Positions 25,501 to 38,322 are shown, numbered from the whole stretch's first letter. The stretch: DNA of 63,989 bases, filler included, from Diploschistes diacapsis (GCA_023645945.1; 6 parts of 6 records of this genome joined end to end with filler, not necessarily neighbours in it), one strand, 5' to 3'. The notes: generated from the sequence alone by a model not told the origin. A program made the numbers and translations.

Positions 25501-28500
25501 TCCATACCCATCGTGTTTGCAACTGCGTACGAAGGCTTGATTAACGTAGCTCGTCTCTCGGCAGGGCAGAGTGTTTTGATTCCGTCTGCTAGCGGTGGCG
25601 TCGGTCAGGCCGCGATTCAAATTGCTAGACATGTTGGCGCAAACATCTTCGCTACCGTCGGTAGCAACGCCAAGCGTCAATTGCTCATCGACCAATTCCG
25701 CATTAATCCCGACCACATCTTCTCCAGCCGATCGCGGCGTTTCAAGGAAGGTCTGATGCACTTGACCCAAGGTCAAGGCGTGGACGTTGTCCTCAACTCG
25801 ACTTCCGGAGAGATGCTGGCTGATATGTGGAGCTGCCTGGCGTCCTTCGGTACGTTTGTGGAGATTGGGAAGACCGACATCTACAAAAAGGGTAACCTCA
25901 ACATGGGCAGATTCGACGATAACGTGACCTTCGCGGCCGTTGACCTGAGTCTCATGGGCAAGCACAAACAGCCGCGAGTAAATGTCCTGTTGTCTCAGGT
26001 CATGGAAATGTTTGCAGCCGGACACCTCTCTCCCGCCGATCCCACTACCGTCATGGAGCTCGGGGATATCGAGAAAGCCTTCCGATTGATTCAAGCGCGC
26101 AAGCACACTGGCAAGATCGTGCTCGACGCAAGCCTCGGCGTGAAGGTAAAGACGGTGCGGGAAGAAAAGACAGCGCCGCTAAAACTACGTGCTGATGGCA
26201 CTTACATCATCACCGGTGGTTTAGGAGATCTTGCCGGACACATGTCCAGGTCTATGGCCAAGCATGGCGCTGGAAACATCGTACTCCTGTCAAGGAGAGC
26301 CATCGAGGCAGCGCGAGAGGAGAGTTTAAAGAACGAGTTCAAGTCTATGGGCGCTAATCTGCATATCATGCGAGGAGATGTTACCTCTCGAGGCAGTCTC
26401 GCCAAGGTGATCGACTTTTGCAGGGCGAACCTGCCTCCCATTAGGGGTCTTATCCAGGGGGCTATGGTTCTCAAGGTAAGGTCGGTATTGCAATCAGTGA
26501 TCTGGCTAATATTTTGTAGGATGACATGCTGGTCAACATGACCATGGAGAACTTCGAAGCGGCCTTGAAGCCCAAGGTCGACGGAACCAAGAACCTGCTT
26601 GCTGCTCTTGACGGTCTTAAGTTGGATTTCTTCCTCTGTCTCTCTTCACTGGCCAGTATTATCGGCACCTCTGGCCAAGCTAATTATGTTGCCGCAAACA
26701 CCTACATGGACTACCTGGCTCACACCTGTCCAAATTCCGACATCCCCGTCGTCGCGCTCAATGTGGGCATGTTGGAAGACTCAAACGTCATTGCCGGACA
26801 CCAAGATATCATCACCAACCTGTTGAGAATGGGATACGCTCCGCTCAAAGTACAAGAATTCATCTCGTTCGTCGAGTACCTTATCAAGCCGGAGAACTTT
26901 GGCAAGACGGGCAAGCAAATCGCTATCGGAGCTAACGGCGCTTCCCTGTCTGTCAACCCCATCGTGGGCAAGCACGCCATGTTCCGTGCTCTGCGGAACG
27001 AGGCGGAAGACCAATTGGCTACTGCCGCCAACCAAGGATTCAAGGATATAAAAGACGTGATCCTTCCCGGCATGGACGCACAGCAGGTGTCAGAGATCAT
27101 CCACAACGCTGTCAAGGGGAAAATAGCAACTCTGCTGGCGATTAAGGACGAGGAGATTGACGACGATTGTCCTATCCGGGAACTAGGAATGGATTCATTG
27201 ATCACGATCGAGTTGAAGAACTGGGTCACTGGTAAGTTCCAGGCAAATCTGGTGACAAGCGAGATCATCGATGCTGGCAATCTATCTGCGTTGACGGGCA
27301 TGGTTGCTTCAAAGTCGGAATTGGTTAAGGAGAAGGAGAGCAGGGAGGGCAAGGAAGCCAAGGGCGAGGAGAAGGCTACTGTTCAGGAGACGAAGAAGCC
27401 AGTGGTTAAACATGATGAGGGGAAGACTCTCAAGCAGCAAGGAGTCAAACCGCAAGATATGAAGTTGCAGGAAACTCGACGAGAGCGATTCAAACAACAG
27501 GACGTACAGAAGTACACAGGTCTTACACTCTCGGAAGTTGGACTCACGGACCAAGGGCTGCCGAACATGCCTTTGCCCGAACTTCAAGCGACCATGAACT
27601 TCTTCTCCAACTCGGTCGGGCACTTCTGCTCGACATCCGAGCAAGTCAAGCTGCAAGCGGAAATCGATGATTTCCTTCACCCTGGCGGTGCTGGAGAGGA
27701 GTTGCAATCTCGACTTGTTGCTCGTATGGACGATCCTACAATCGAAGAATGGCAGAATCAGCTTTACGTCGACTATGTATACATGCGCGTGCGACCTCCA
27801 GTCTATCCTTTCCAAGCGTTCTCAAGCTGGTTCTTAGAGACCAGGCCACGGCATACGCAAGCCGAGCGTGCAGCAATCATGACAGTCACCGCAGCAGCCT
27901 TTGATAAGAAGCTCAAGATGGGACTAGTCAAGACGGATATTCTGAACGACGAGCCTCTGGATATGTCGACGTCGCGGTGGATCTTTGGATCTGTTCGCGA
28001 GCCGCACACGGGAGTGGACGTCGCGCGCAAATACGAGTGCCATGACCACATAGCCGTTCTGAGAAAGGGACATGTGTTCAAGGTAATGCTGAAGCGCGAC
28101 GATGGGCAGGACGTAGGGTTCGGAGAGCTCAAGGCAACATTCGGGGACATTCTTTCGATGCCTTTGGACGAATCTGAATCTGTGGCTGTCCTAACCGGCA
28201 CAGATAGAAATGACTGGGCCATGGTGAGTTCAGCGTAATCTGGATGACATTTTTCAACAATACATTTAAGCTAACATCAACAGATCCGCTCTGACTTCAT
28301 CTCCTCTTCCTCCCCCAACGCCAGCCTCCTCCAAACGGTCGAGTCCGCTACTTTCGCCGTTTGTCTAGATGATGCCCGCCCCTCTACCCCAACTGAGGCA
28401 GCGAACCACTTCCTCCTGCAGGGCTCTGCGAACCGCTGGTCCGACAAGGTAACCCAGCTCATAATCTGCGCAAACAGCATGAGCGGCGCAACATGGGAGC

Positions 28501-29537
28501 ATTCGCTCGTCGACGGCTCGTCTATCGGACAGCTCAACGTTGCCCTGGGGCACTGCACCATCGGCGACCTGCCCAAGACATACGGCTCTGAGACTCCCGC
28601 GCCTTGCACGCATCTTCAATTCTCTCTCACTCCATCAATCACACAATCAGTCCAGCTAGCCCACAAGCTAGCCCTCGAGAATGCCGAAACATTCGCCTGC
28701 GAAACCCTCTCCCTCGCCCTCCCTTCAATGGGCAACACCTTCTTCCGCAAATTCGGCCTTTCCGGCAAAATCGGCCTGCAGCTCCTCATCCAGCTAGCGT
28801 CTCGGTTCTACTTCGGCACCGACCAACCGCCCTCGTACGAGACCGTCACCATGCGCTCCTTCAAGGGCGGACGAGTCGACATCGCGCAGACACTTCAAGC
28901 GCACGTCAAGGAATGGTGCGACGCCGCCGCCCAGGAGTACGGCTCCTACTTCACCCAGGCCATCGCCAGCACCATGGCCGGCGAGCGGGGCATCACGGAT
29001 AAACAGTTCGCCGTCTCTGACGCTGCCGTCGCCGCTGCTGCTGCGACGGGCGCGGCGGCCGGCCGCATCAAGGCCATCTTCCTCGCCGCAGCGCGCGAAC
29101 ACGCGAGCAACATCTCGCGCGTCTCGCGCGGCCACGGCTTCGCGGGGCACCTGTACGCGCTGCAGGAAATGCACGCCGCCTCTGCCTCTGCTGCCGCCGG
29201 TTCCAGCTCTTCCACGGCCACTGCCACGTCTATCGGCCCCGGTACAGAAGCCGCCGTCGACGACACCCTCCCGCTGCTCTTCCGGCCCGGCAGCACGTTC
29301 TGGCGCACGCGCCCGAGCCGGTTGATGACAGATTCGGGGCCGCGATTTGAGATCAAGGGCGAGGTGGAGAACCAGGCGGGGTATACGATGCCGGTGCGGG
29401 ACATGGTGTTTGTGCACTACGATGCGAGGGCGGAGGAGGGCGTTGTGTTTGTGAAGGCGCCGAGGGGACAGGCAGGGCTGGTGGGCGCGGCGGTCGAGGC
29501 GGCAAGGAGGGTGGTGGGGGACGTTCTTAATAGTTGA
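19530..29537 (+). CDS. Highly reducing iterative type I PKS, KS-AT-DH-cMT-ER-KR-ACP-carnitine acyltransferase, ~3267 aa
   Basis: KS DTGCSGS/EAHGTGT/GHLE; AT GHSSG, AYHSHH; DH DHVIEKAMIFP, HPTTLD; cMT LEIGAGTG, NVIHAT; ER SASGGVG; KR TGGLGDL, GQANYVAAN; ACP LGMDSL; cAT WEHSLVDG. Introns 20195-20241, 20768-20820, 26476-26519, 28224-28283 restore one frame. Confidence 0.96.
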
Positions 29538-29600
29538 CGGGCTTAGGGTTGTGAGGGATAGTTGGCGAGCGATACCTGTTTCTGGGGGGAGGGGATGTTC

Positions 29601-29700
29601 NNNNNNNNNNNNNNNNNNNNNNNNNNNNNNNNNNNNNNNNNNNNTTAATTAATTAANNNNNNNNNNNNNNNNNNNNNNNNNNNNNNNNNNNNNNNNNNNN
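29601..29700. other. Artificial contig spacer
   Basis: N44-TTAATTAATTAA-N44, with stops in all six frames. Confidence 0.98.
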
Positions 29701-29746
29701 CTCCCCTTCTTCCCCCCTCTCACCCCACTAACCCCATCTATCCAGG

Positions 29747-30486
29747 TAAACCTCCTAGTCTTCCTCCTATTCTCCCTCCTCTCCATCCACCCTACCATCC
29801 AAGAATCCAACCCTCGCGCGGGCCTCGCCCAAGCCGCCATCGTCGCCACCTATTGCACCTATCTGACCCTCTCCGCCGTGTCTATGGAGCCAGACGACCA
29901 GCAATGCAACCCGCTCGTGCGCGCCAACGGCGCCCGCACCGCGACCGTCGTCCTTGGCGCGGTCGTCACCATGTTGACAATCGCCTACACCACGACGCGC
30001 GCCGCCACGCAGGGCTTCGCGTTCGGCTCGTCCGCCTCGGGCTCCCACATCCGCTTGCCAGACGAGGAAGAAGAGCCTCAGCACGGCCTAGTAGACCAGC
30101 AGCCGCGCAACACGCGCCGCGAAATGAGCGCCGAGGTGCTCCGCCGCGCTATCGCGGAAGGCTCGCTGCCCGCCGACGCTATGGACGCCGACGACGACGA
30201 CGACGAGGATGGCCAAGGGAACAGGGTGGGCGCGAACAACGACGACGAGAAGGCCGGGACGCAGTACAACTATTCGCTGTTCCACGTTATCTTCCTCCTG
30301 GGCACGTGCTGGGTCGCAACGCTGCTGACGCAGAGCCTGAACGATGTGGAGATGGTGGGGGTGGCGCCGGTGGGAAGGAGTTATTGGGCGAGCTGGGTGA
30401 AGATTGGGAGCAGTTGGATGTGCTATGCGGTGTATGGGTGGAGTTTGTTGGCGCCTGTAGTGTTGCCGGAGAGGTTTGGGTATTAG
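29747..30486 (+). CDS. TMS1: Serine incorporator (SERINC/Tms1), 3' part only
   Basis: IQESNPRAGLAQAAIVATYCTYLTLSAVSMEPDDQQCNPL; YNYSLFHVIF; WASWVKI...W.L.AP...PERF; 5' part lost at the contig edge. Confidence 0.92.
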
Positions 30487-30861
30487 CAAGTGTTGCTGGA
30501 GAGGGAATGGCGTGGAGGGAGAGGACAATGGGCTGGCAGTACGTTGAGGCTGTTTGAGTATGTACATAAGTTATAGGGGCAGCTTGGCCATTATTTTTAT
30601 TGTCGTTTACTTATATTGGATGCGGCTGCATCGTGTTTGAGTCTGCGTCCTGATTTGAGTGCCGCTAGCATATCTCTCTCTAGGGAACTTTGGATTCGTA
30701 ACGTGAGCTCCATTCACAGCTAGTAAGGCCAGAAGCGCTTCAGGCCACCGTAAAGGTATAATAATAGATAGGTGCTCGTCACGCAGCCGACAGTGAAGGG
30801 GGGCCTTTACCCGCTTTTCTCTCCCCTCCTCCCTTGTCCCGTGTATCCTATTACTTTCCCC

Positions 30862-31034
30862 TCACTGAAAGCTCTGCTGCAGAATCGCCGGCTTCCTCGC
30901 CGCCAAGTCGACAATCATCTGCCCGAACAGGCCGTTCGCCCAGGAAAACCTGCAAACATAAAATAATTAGCCACCTAGTTAAACATACCCCGTCTATACT
31001 CTGCACACACCATAAACGCCCCAAACCAATATCG

Positions 31035-31075
<41 letters not shown>

Positions 31076-32649
31076 GGGGGGCAAATTACTCACCACTGCC
31101 TCGTCCAATCACTCTCGTCAAAGCTGTTGATACTCTCATGAATCAGCCCCAACCCATCCGTGCTCGACACCAGCTGCCTCAGCTCCCCCGTAATCTCCGT
31201 ATCGTTGTTACTCGTCAGAATCCGCACAATGCTCGCCATCGGCCATGCGTAGCCCGGCCCGTCGTGCGGTCCGCCCACGGCCGACAGGACGGGGCCGCGC
31301 ATAAAGTACGGGTTTCGATCGCTCAGCACGAGATCCCTGGTCGCCTGGTACGTGGGGTCTGAGGCGTCGAGGTAGCCGTAAAGGGGCGCCGCAAGGAGCG
31401 AGGGGATGTTCGCGTCGTCCATGAAGTTGATGGACTCAAAGCCGTCGATCTCGTAGGCGTAGACCTTCTGACCCGTGGAGCGGGCGGTGAAGGTGCCGAG
31501 GCTTTCGATGGCCGCGTGGATGGAGGAGGAGAGGGAGAGCATTTGTGTGGCGAGCGAGGTGTTGTTGGCGCCGCCGAGCTTCTTCACGATGGCGGCCGTG
31601 GCGTTGAGGTAGCGGGAGAACATCATGTTGGCGGGGATGAAGAGCTGGTAGATGGCGGCGTCGTCCGAGGGGCGGAAGTCGGAGCGGATCAGGCCCGTGC
31701 CGCCGTTCGTGGGGTTGCCGTAGCCGCTGTTGTCGAGGGTATCTTCAGCGGAGAAGGTGAGGCGCTCGAACGTGTAGGGGTATGTGTTTACGCTTCCGTT
31801 GGCGGCGTAGGTGGGCACCATTTGCGCCCGAGCAACGTTGAGGACCGTTTGGAGGGCGTTGAGCCATTGGTACTTCCCAAAAAAGGAATGGTCTCCAGTG
31901 GCGATGTAGTAGTTGTTGGACACCTCGAGGAAAGCGGCAAAGGAGTCGAGTTCAAACTTGCACTCGAAGACCGTCTGGCTGCTATAGGGGGGTGTGACAG
32001 TGTCGTCGGAGCCGGCACCGTTGACGGAGGGTGGAATGTTCGATTCGACGGGCGGCTGGAATGATTGGCAGTATGGATTCTCGAGGATGTAGCGTGACTG
32101 AAGATTGATGACTCCCCGGTACAGGGAGGCAAGGGAGTTATTGGCAGTGGAAGGCTTGAGGAGGGAGGTGTAGGACTGCATCTGGTTGGCAGAGTCGCGG
32201 AGCCACATAGCGTTGCTGTGAATATCAGTCTAGATCTCTTGATGACTTCCCCAGCCTCACATGTCACCCGTGATGACAAAGGTTAGCTCCTCGTTCGATC
32301 CGGCTGCGGTGCCTTTCCATTTGATCGCCGTATCTAGGGTATTGGGAACTGAAGGCCATTTTCAGCGTGGGTTTCCGTTAACGCATTTGCAGAGAAACTA
32401 ACAGCTGTTCTCGAAGAGCCGGTACAGATCAGGATCTTTAATGACCGATGTATAGTTTTTGATAAGGTTATCGACGGCACTAACGCGGAAAGTACGACAG
32501 GTAGTCTGGGGTCTCATATAAGAGAGGTTGTAATGGCCAGCAGAGAAAGGTGCGTGATATTGCTGGGAGTAAGTAGAATAGTCGGGACATTGCGCAGAGA
32601 CAGCGCAGAAAGTAGCTGCTGCCGCTACCAGCGACGAAAGGAAGCGCAT
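30862..32649 (-). CDS. Secreted glycoside hydrolase family 125 (exo-alpha-1,6-mannosidase-like, DUF1237)
   Basis: Signal peptide; [63 protein letters not shown]; multi-exon. Confidence 0.93.
31038..31070. repeat. (GA)n microsatellite in the last GH125 intron
   Basis: About 16 tandem GA units. Confidence 0.9.
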
Positions 32650-33439
32650 GATGAAGGATACAGTATAGGAAGATCAACCCACAACGATACTCCGTGATAG
32701 ACTTGGAAATACAATGAGAGCGAAAGAAACAAGAGAAGCACCCAGCTTTTATGGAGCCGCATTCGCAGCATTCCTTCCTCGAGTCTCTCATCCTCTACAG
32801 CAGGTCGAGTAGAGCTCCATGCTATTCCCCCGCATTTTGCTCACAAGGAAACGCAGATCCGAGAACAAGTAGATCATGAGCAATTTCTGCGGGGTTCAGA
32901 TCAGTGAGGAGGTGGGAAGTGACGATGAGCATGCGCTCTACGTGCAGCAGAGCTAAGTTCAAGCTGGTAGCTGCAACTCTTCGTGCTGCTGCTGCTGCTG
33001 CTGCTGTCGTGTGGGGGGGAAAGCAAGTTGTGCTGCAAGGACGATCAACGCCTCCTCTAGTTAGATCCATCTATACTAGAAATCAGCTGATGCTTAAATA
33101 GTCCACTTTTCTAGTATCAATATTCACAGCTCAGTCCCCTGCAAAGTATAGAGTTGTGAGTACGTGATGGCTAGCATTTGGAATGGCGCTGGGAAAGAGA
33201 AAGACGCAGTGATACTTGTTAATCGTTCAAATTATCGTAGATAGTACAGAATCTCACCGTTCCCGCCCCCAAAGGGCCCGCCATGCTCTACTGAAAACAC
33301 CTAAGCAAAGCATCTTCCTGATCATCAAGACAGCAGTACCCTTTGCCTCCTGAAACGTTGGTAAGGTAGTACAGTTTCCGGCAACCATCTATGGCGCCAA
33401 ACACCAGGGAAGCATCATGCTCACCCCGCTAGCAGACGC

Positions 33440-35725
33440 CTAGATCTCCTTCACCTTCAATCCCTCCGTAGGCATGTTCATCCCATTCGCAAAAATTGTC
33501 GACATCTTCCCATCGTCCTCAGCATGCCCAACGACCACATTCTCAAACCCTAGCTTGTCTTCCTCGCCCGGAATTCCCTTAACGCCGACATTTCCCCCTC
33601 CGCTCGCCATCGCGCCCCTCCGTACCAGCTCCTGCACGTCCTGCACACGCTTTTTGAACGCCAGCCGGTCAAGGAAGAGCTGCTGCTGGCCCCGCTCTAG
33701 CTCCAGCCTTTCCACCTGCAAGCATGCTTCCATTTCTTGGAACTGCTTGAGCTTCAGCTCTAGCTTCTCGAGGGTCGAGTTGAGCGCTGCGGAGACTAGG
33801 GTAGTCATCTGGCGTTCTTCATGGGAGGCTAGGGCAGCCGCTCGGGCTGCGGAGGTTGCGAGGGACATGGTTGCGAGGTCCGCCATTGCGTCACCTGTCG
33901 ATACCTCACCAGTAACAGCGACTTGATTGTCGGCCGTAGCCTGAGCTTGCGATGTCTCCTTGCTGGCAGCATATGCATCGACGTCCATCGAATCGTCATT
34001 CTCGGCCTTCATTCCTTCCTGGTTCCTGCCCTTCGCATCGCCTGCGGTAGGCGTGCTGGCGGGCTCGATGCGCTTCTGCAGAGACTGCTTCATGACTTCG
34101 ACTGCGCGGTTCGCTGCAGCTGCCGCAACATTCTTATCGCTCTGAGCCGCGAGAAAGCTGACCACCGTCATGATAGGGTTCTCGATGTTTGTGTAAGGTA
34201 TGCGACCGTAGGCAGGTACGTTGTGGGCAGCCTCCTGCTGGCTTGCTCTGACGATATACTTATCCTCGATTTCAAGCTGGAGAAACTTTTGCACGCACTC
34301 CTCCGCCGAGCGTGTGCCAACAAATGTGGCAATCTTGTGCCAGTCGTCCTCGTCAGTATCAAGGGCATGAAGCAAGAGGTACGTTTCCGAATCAGACCAT
34401 TCCGCCTCTCTGTCCGCTGTTCGATTATAGCCCGGATCCTCAACCTTTGTGAAATTCGCGTTAGTATCGCCAATCTTGTGCCTCCCTTCGCGGAAGCAGT
34501 TTGGGCACAGGCGATAATTCTGGTCTCCGATGTCTTTTTGTTCAGGACCGCTTCTGAGATAATGGACACGGGTGCAGTCCTGTCCACAGCCGTAACAGAA
34601 CCTGACCTGTCGTTGGCTTCGAGCTTTACTCTCGATGCTTGCAGCTACCGCATCTGCTGAACTTTGTACGGCAGTCTCACCGTCTTCCTCAACTGACTTT
34701 TCCTTGGGTGTGATGTTTCGATTCCTGTCATCATAGATGTTTCTCCTCGTCTTAAACTCTTCTGGTACACCTGAAAATTGAGGCTCTTGCTTCAGGCGCT
34801 GGGTTTCGGGGTGTGGCTGGCCTGGAGTGGTGACCAGCCTGGTGCTTGGCTGGTAAGTCTGAAGGCCACGAGCTGCGTCAACAACCAACCGCAGATGACC
34901 CGTAACGGGAGGATTCGTCAATGATGGTCTAGTTTGAGGGTCGACCTATATCTATTAGAGCTGTGCATCCAAACAACGTGCTTCTAGAACTAACCTGATA
35001 GTTGATAAGACCCCACTGCTCCAGGAACGAATGCACTCGCATGATGGCGCAGACATCGCCAGCAAGATTGCGCCGGCAAGCAGTGACTGTAAGATATTCT
35101 GAGGGATTGAGTCGATAGGTATTGATCATGAAATTGCGATACTCCTTGTAGACTACTTCCGTTTTGCTTCGATTTCTCTGGTTAAAGAATTCGGGCAACG
35201 CCTTCTTCTCGAGCGCATTTATAGTGTGAATATCGAACCAGGTACTATAGCTCGGTAGAATGATGGAATATGTCTGCTCCTCCATGTGCTGTTGCGCCGC
35301 ATTCTCCATCGCTGTTTTCGAAAGTTCGCCCGGTCCATCTTCGGCCTGTGCAGCCGCGTCTTCGTCTCCATCCTTTTCGTCATCGTTCTCTTTCGTACCT
35401 TCCTCCATCCCACCCATTTCCTCGTCCTCTCCGCCTGCGCCCTCCTCGCCAGCCGGAGCAGGAGCATCTGGCGCATCTAGAGGATTGTCCGAAATTGGTC
35501 GCGACGGTGTTCCATTCGCAGAGCGTTGGGCTGAGAGTCTATTTTCGCTTTCCTCCTGCTTCGGGACGATGGATGCTATAGGAATTGTCGGTAAGGATAG
35601 TGTTTGAGCTGGGGGTCACTGAGCTATTAACACTTACCATTTACTGCGTTCGCTGGAGTTGGCGATTTCTGCGGCGTACCCAAAGGAGCAGTAGGCTGGA
35701 CATCTAGAGAAGTGTTGTTCTCCAT
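33440..35725 (-). CDS. RSC8: SWI/SNF-RSC core subunit Swi3/Rsc8 (SWIRM, ZZ, SANT, coiled coil)
   Basis: [16 protein letters not shown]...[26 protein letters not shown]...[15 protein letters not shown]...[36 protein letters not shown]. Confidence 0.93.
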
Positions 35726-36240
35726 TTTGAATAACCTGCCGCAGCTCCTCGATCCAAGATCTTGTCGTGCTCTGGCCCTCCAGGACCAGCCTCTCCTTAG
35801 TCCGGCTCAAATCACAAGCGATCCACCCCAGGAGACTGACTCTGGAAAAGTCTGTAATTAAGCAAAATAGGTGTATAGAGATGCGACCACAGCTTGGATC
35901 CTTGATGCGACAAATTTGATGTCCGGCGGGTGCTCACTGGCCGACGAATTTCAGGATTGATCCGCCAGTCGCGAGGACGAGAACAGCGCGGGACAAACAC
36001 CCTGAGATCTGAGTAGGGCTTAGCGTTGAGCAGGTCTTGGTAACAGATTACCTAATCCAACTTTCTGCGATGACGGAGGTAGCGGGAGCACTTCAACATC
36101 TCCACACATGGATTTTCGTCAATCAACTTTCACATGCTCATTGCAACTTCTAACCGAACCTTTGTATTCCTTTGCATCTAGTCTGCAGCCTGCGAGCCCC
36201 CTAATTCTCCCCTCCAATCTCTCGTTGTCCCCAATCCAAG

Positions 36241-36703
36241 ATGCTCTCCACCACCGCCCGCACCGCCCTTCGCTCCCTCCGCTCCTCCTCGCGGCCACTT
36301 ACCCCACACCAGAGCACCCTCTTCCGGCACCTCCTCTCGACCCTCGCTATCCTCGAGCAGCGCAACGGCGCCCTCAACCAGTCCTCTCTCTGCGCCGTCA
36401 CCGCGGCCAAGAAGCTCGGCGGCTCCATCACCGGCTTCGTGGCCGGCAGCAACATCTCCGGCGTTGCCGAAGAAGCCGCCAAGGTCGACGGCATAACGGA
36501 GGTACTTTTTGTGGAGAACGGGGCGTACGACAAGGGCCTGCCGGAAAACTACGCGCCGCTGGTGGTGGAGAACATCAAGAAGGGGGGTTACACGCACGCG
36601 CTGTCGGCGGCGTCGGCGTTTGGCAAGAATCTGATGCCGAGGGTGGCGGCGCTGCTGGACGTGCAGCAGATCAGCGACATCACGAGCGTGGAGAGCGAGG
36701 ACA
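36241..36703 (+). CDS. ETFA: Electron transfer flavoprotein alpha subunit, 5' part (truncated by contig end)
   Basis: Mitochondrial presequence; STLAILEQR; GKNLMPRVAALLDVQQISDIT; GTAAGC donor follows. Confidence 0.93.
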
Positions 36704-36768
36704 GTAAGCCGCTCTCTCTTTCGCCTTCCCACCGAAACTCCTCGCCCCCCCCCCCCTCTAATAAACAC

Positions 36769-36868
36769 NNNNNNNNNNNNNNNNNNNNNNNNNNNNNNNN
36801 NNNNNNNNNNNNTTAATTAATTAANNNNNNNNNNNNNNNNNNNNNNNNNNNNNNNNNNNNNNNNNNNN
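36769..36868. other. Artificial contig spacer
   Basis: N44-TTAATTAATTAA-N44. Confidence 0.98.
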
Positions 36869-37101
36869 TGCTCATTCCGTACACGAGGGAGAGGGTTGTT
36901 ATGGGGGAGAAGGAGATAGGCGGGAGCGTGAATGTGGAGGTTGATATGGTGGGGAAGTATGTTGAGAGGAGTGTGAGGGGGTTCTTGCAGGGAGGAGCGG
37001 AAGGGCTGCCGGGTTTGGAGGAGGTTGTGAGGAGGGTCGTTAGGGAGGAAATGCAGGCCATAGGAATAGAAGGCGGAGGGAGGGGGTTGGTCGAGGGTTG
37101 A
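36869..37101 (+). CDS. RIB5: Riboflavin synthase, C-terminal fragment
   Basis: LIPYTRERVVMGEKEIGGSVNVEVDMVGKYVERSV matches the end of the second lumazine-binding repeat. Confidence 0.85.
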
Positions 37102-37467
37102 GATTGCAGGCGAACGTTTCTGTATATTGGAGGGTACAGTGTGCTTAGACCGACGGTACAGGAAAACATTCAATGCTGGCTGCTTGCATGGCTATTGCCT
37201 TGATTGCCCTCTGCTGGTTGGACTCGGTTGGCAATAATGCACTACCATTGGCGGTGCAGAGAACGCTTTCGAGTCGTCTCTGAACTGTCTCCTTTGACGG
37301 TGACTTCGGAGTCCTGTCAAGGAGTACCACATTCTCTAACAACGACCAGCCAGCGCCCTCCTGGGAGGTCTAACTAGGGTGCGATGCACCTCTGCCACCG
37401 TTCAGCCAAGAATGGCTTCCGCATTCTAACCATCTTCTTCTTACTCGACCCGTCGCTTAAACAAGCA

Positions 37468-38322
37468 TCAGTCCCTTCGCAGCATGCTCTCCTCCCAGAG
37501 CTCCCTCACTAATCTCCAATACCTCTCTCCATCAACAACCGCGTGCGCCACATGCCTGCTCCCCACGAACTTCTCAAGCCTCGCCCGGCATCCCCTCTTC
37601 CTTGCATCCTCGACGTGAGCCTCTACGTCCTCGAACAAAATCATTTCGTCACTCCTCGAAGCCACGTACATCCGCCTCGCCTTGGGATCAATCACCTCCG
37701 CATCGTTCAGCGCCTCCCAAGTCAGCTGCGAGATAGCTCGACGCCCCGTTATTCCGTGCCAGAGCTTCATGCCGAGCAGGTAGGCATACATGAGGATCAC
37801 ACTCAGGATCCAAAGCGGCCATGGCTCGGGCAGGACGGTTTTTATCGCGGCTGCACTGCTGTGGAAATGCGGTCTTCCCGGCGCGCTGTCAATGATCAGG
37901 GCATCGATCGGGAGAGTGTGGCCGGCTGTGCGCCGGTATGCCAGCGCGAGTTCGCGCAGCTTGTAGGAGCCGCCGTTGGAGAAGATGTGCACGAGGGTTT
38001 TGCCGTTGGGGGTTGCGCGCAGGAGATCCACGGCGGGGGCGAGGATGGCCTTTTGCGAGCTCTCGGTGTGGAAGATGAGGTCTGCGAAAGATGTTGTGAT
38101 GAGCAGGATGCGGGCGTTTGGGTAGAGAGTTTCATATCGGGTGGTATATTTGGCGATGGGTTTGAAAGGCGCAGCGCCCCAGGAGAGGAGGATGATGGTG
38201 TCTGGGTCTCGGAAAGGGTGGCTTGTTGGGGTTGAAGAGGAGGGTGATGAGTGGAGGAAGACTGTTTTGTTGATGCGCTTGAACGAGGGTCGTAGGGGAG
38301 CGGGTGTCTCAAGTAAGGTCAT
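37468..38322 (-). CDS. DUF829 / TMEM53-like alpha/beta-hydrolase-fold protein
   Basis: IILLSWGAA..I.KY..Y; HIFSNGG; IIDSAPG; Y..S.SD.MI; F.GSRHVAH. Confidence 0.85.
   Translation of the reverse strand: MTLLETPAPLRPSFKRINKTVFLHSSPSSSTPTSHPFRDPDTIILLSWGAAPFKPIAKYTTRYETLYPNARILLITTSFADLIFHTESSQKAILAPAVDLLRATPNGKTLVHIFSNGGSYKLRELALAYRRTAGHTLPIDALIIDSAPGRPHFHSSAAAIKTVLPEPWPLWILSVILMYAYLLGMKLWHGITGRRAISQLTWEALNDAEVIDPKARRMYVASRSDEMILFEDVEAHVEDARKRGCRARLEKFVGSRHVAHAVVDGERYWRLVRELWEESMLRRD

Noticed and set aside
28600..29600. GC jump in the last PKS exon as evidence of a recent domain fusion or horizontal transfer
   Set aside because: The same C-rich to G-rich, high-GC pattern occurs in housekeeping genes here (PET191, SERINC, ETF-alpha), often near contig ends
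29537..32649. SERINC and GH125 as members of the PKS cluster
   Set aside because: Separated from the PKS by an artificial contig spacer
36241..37101. ETF-alpha and riboflavin synthase as a flavin gene cluster or fusion
   Set aside because: They lie on different contigs joined by a spacer
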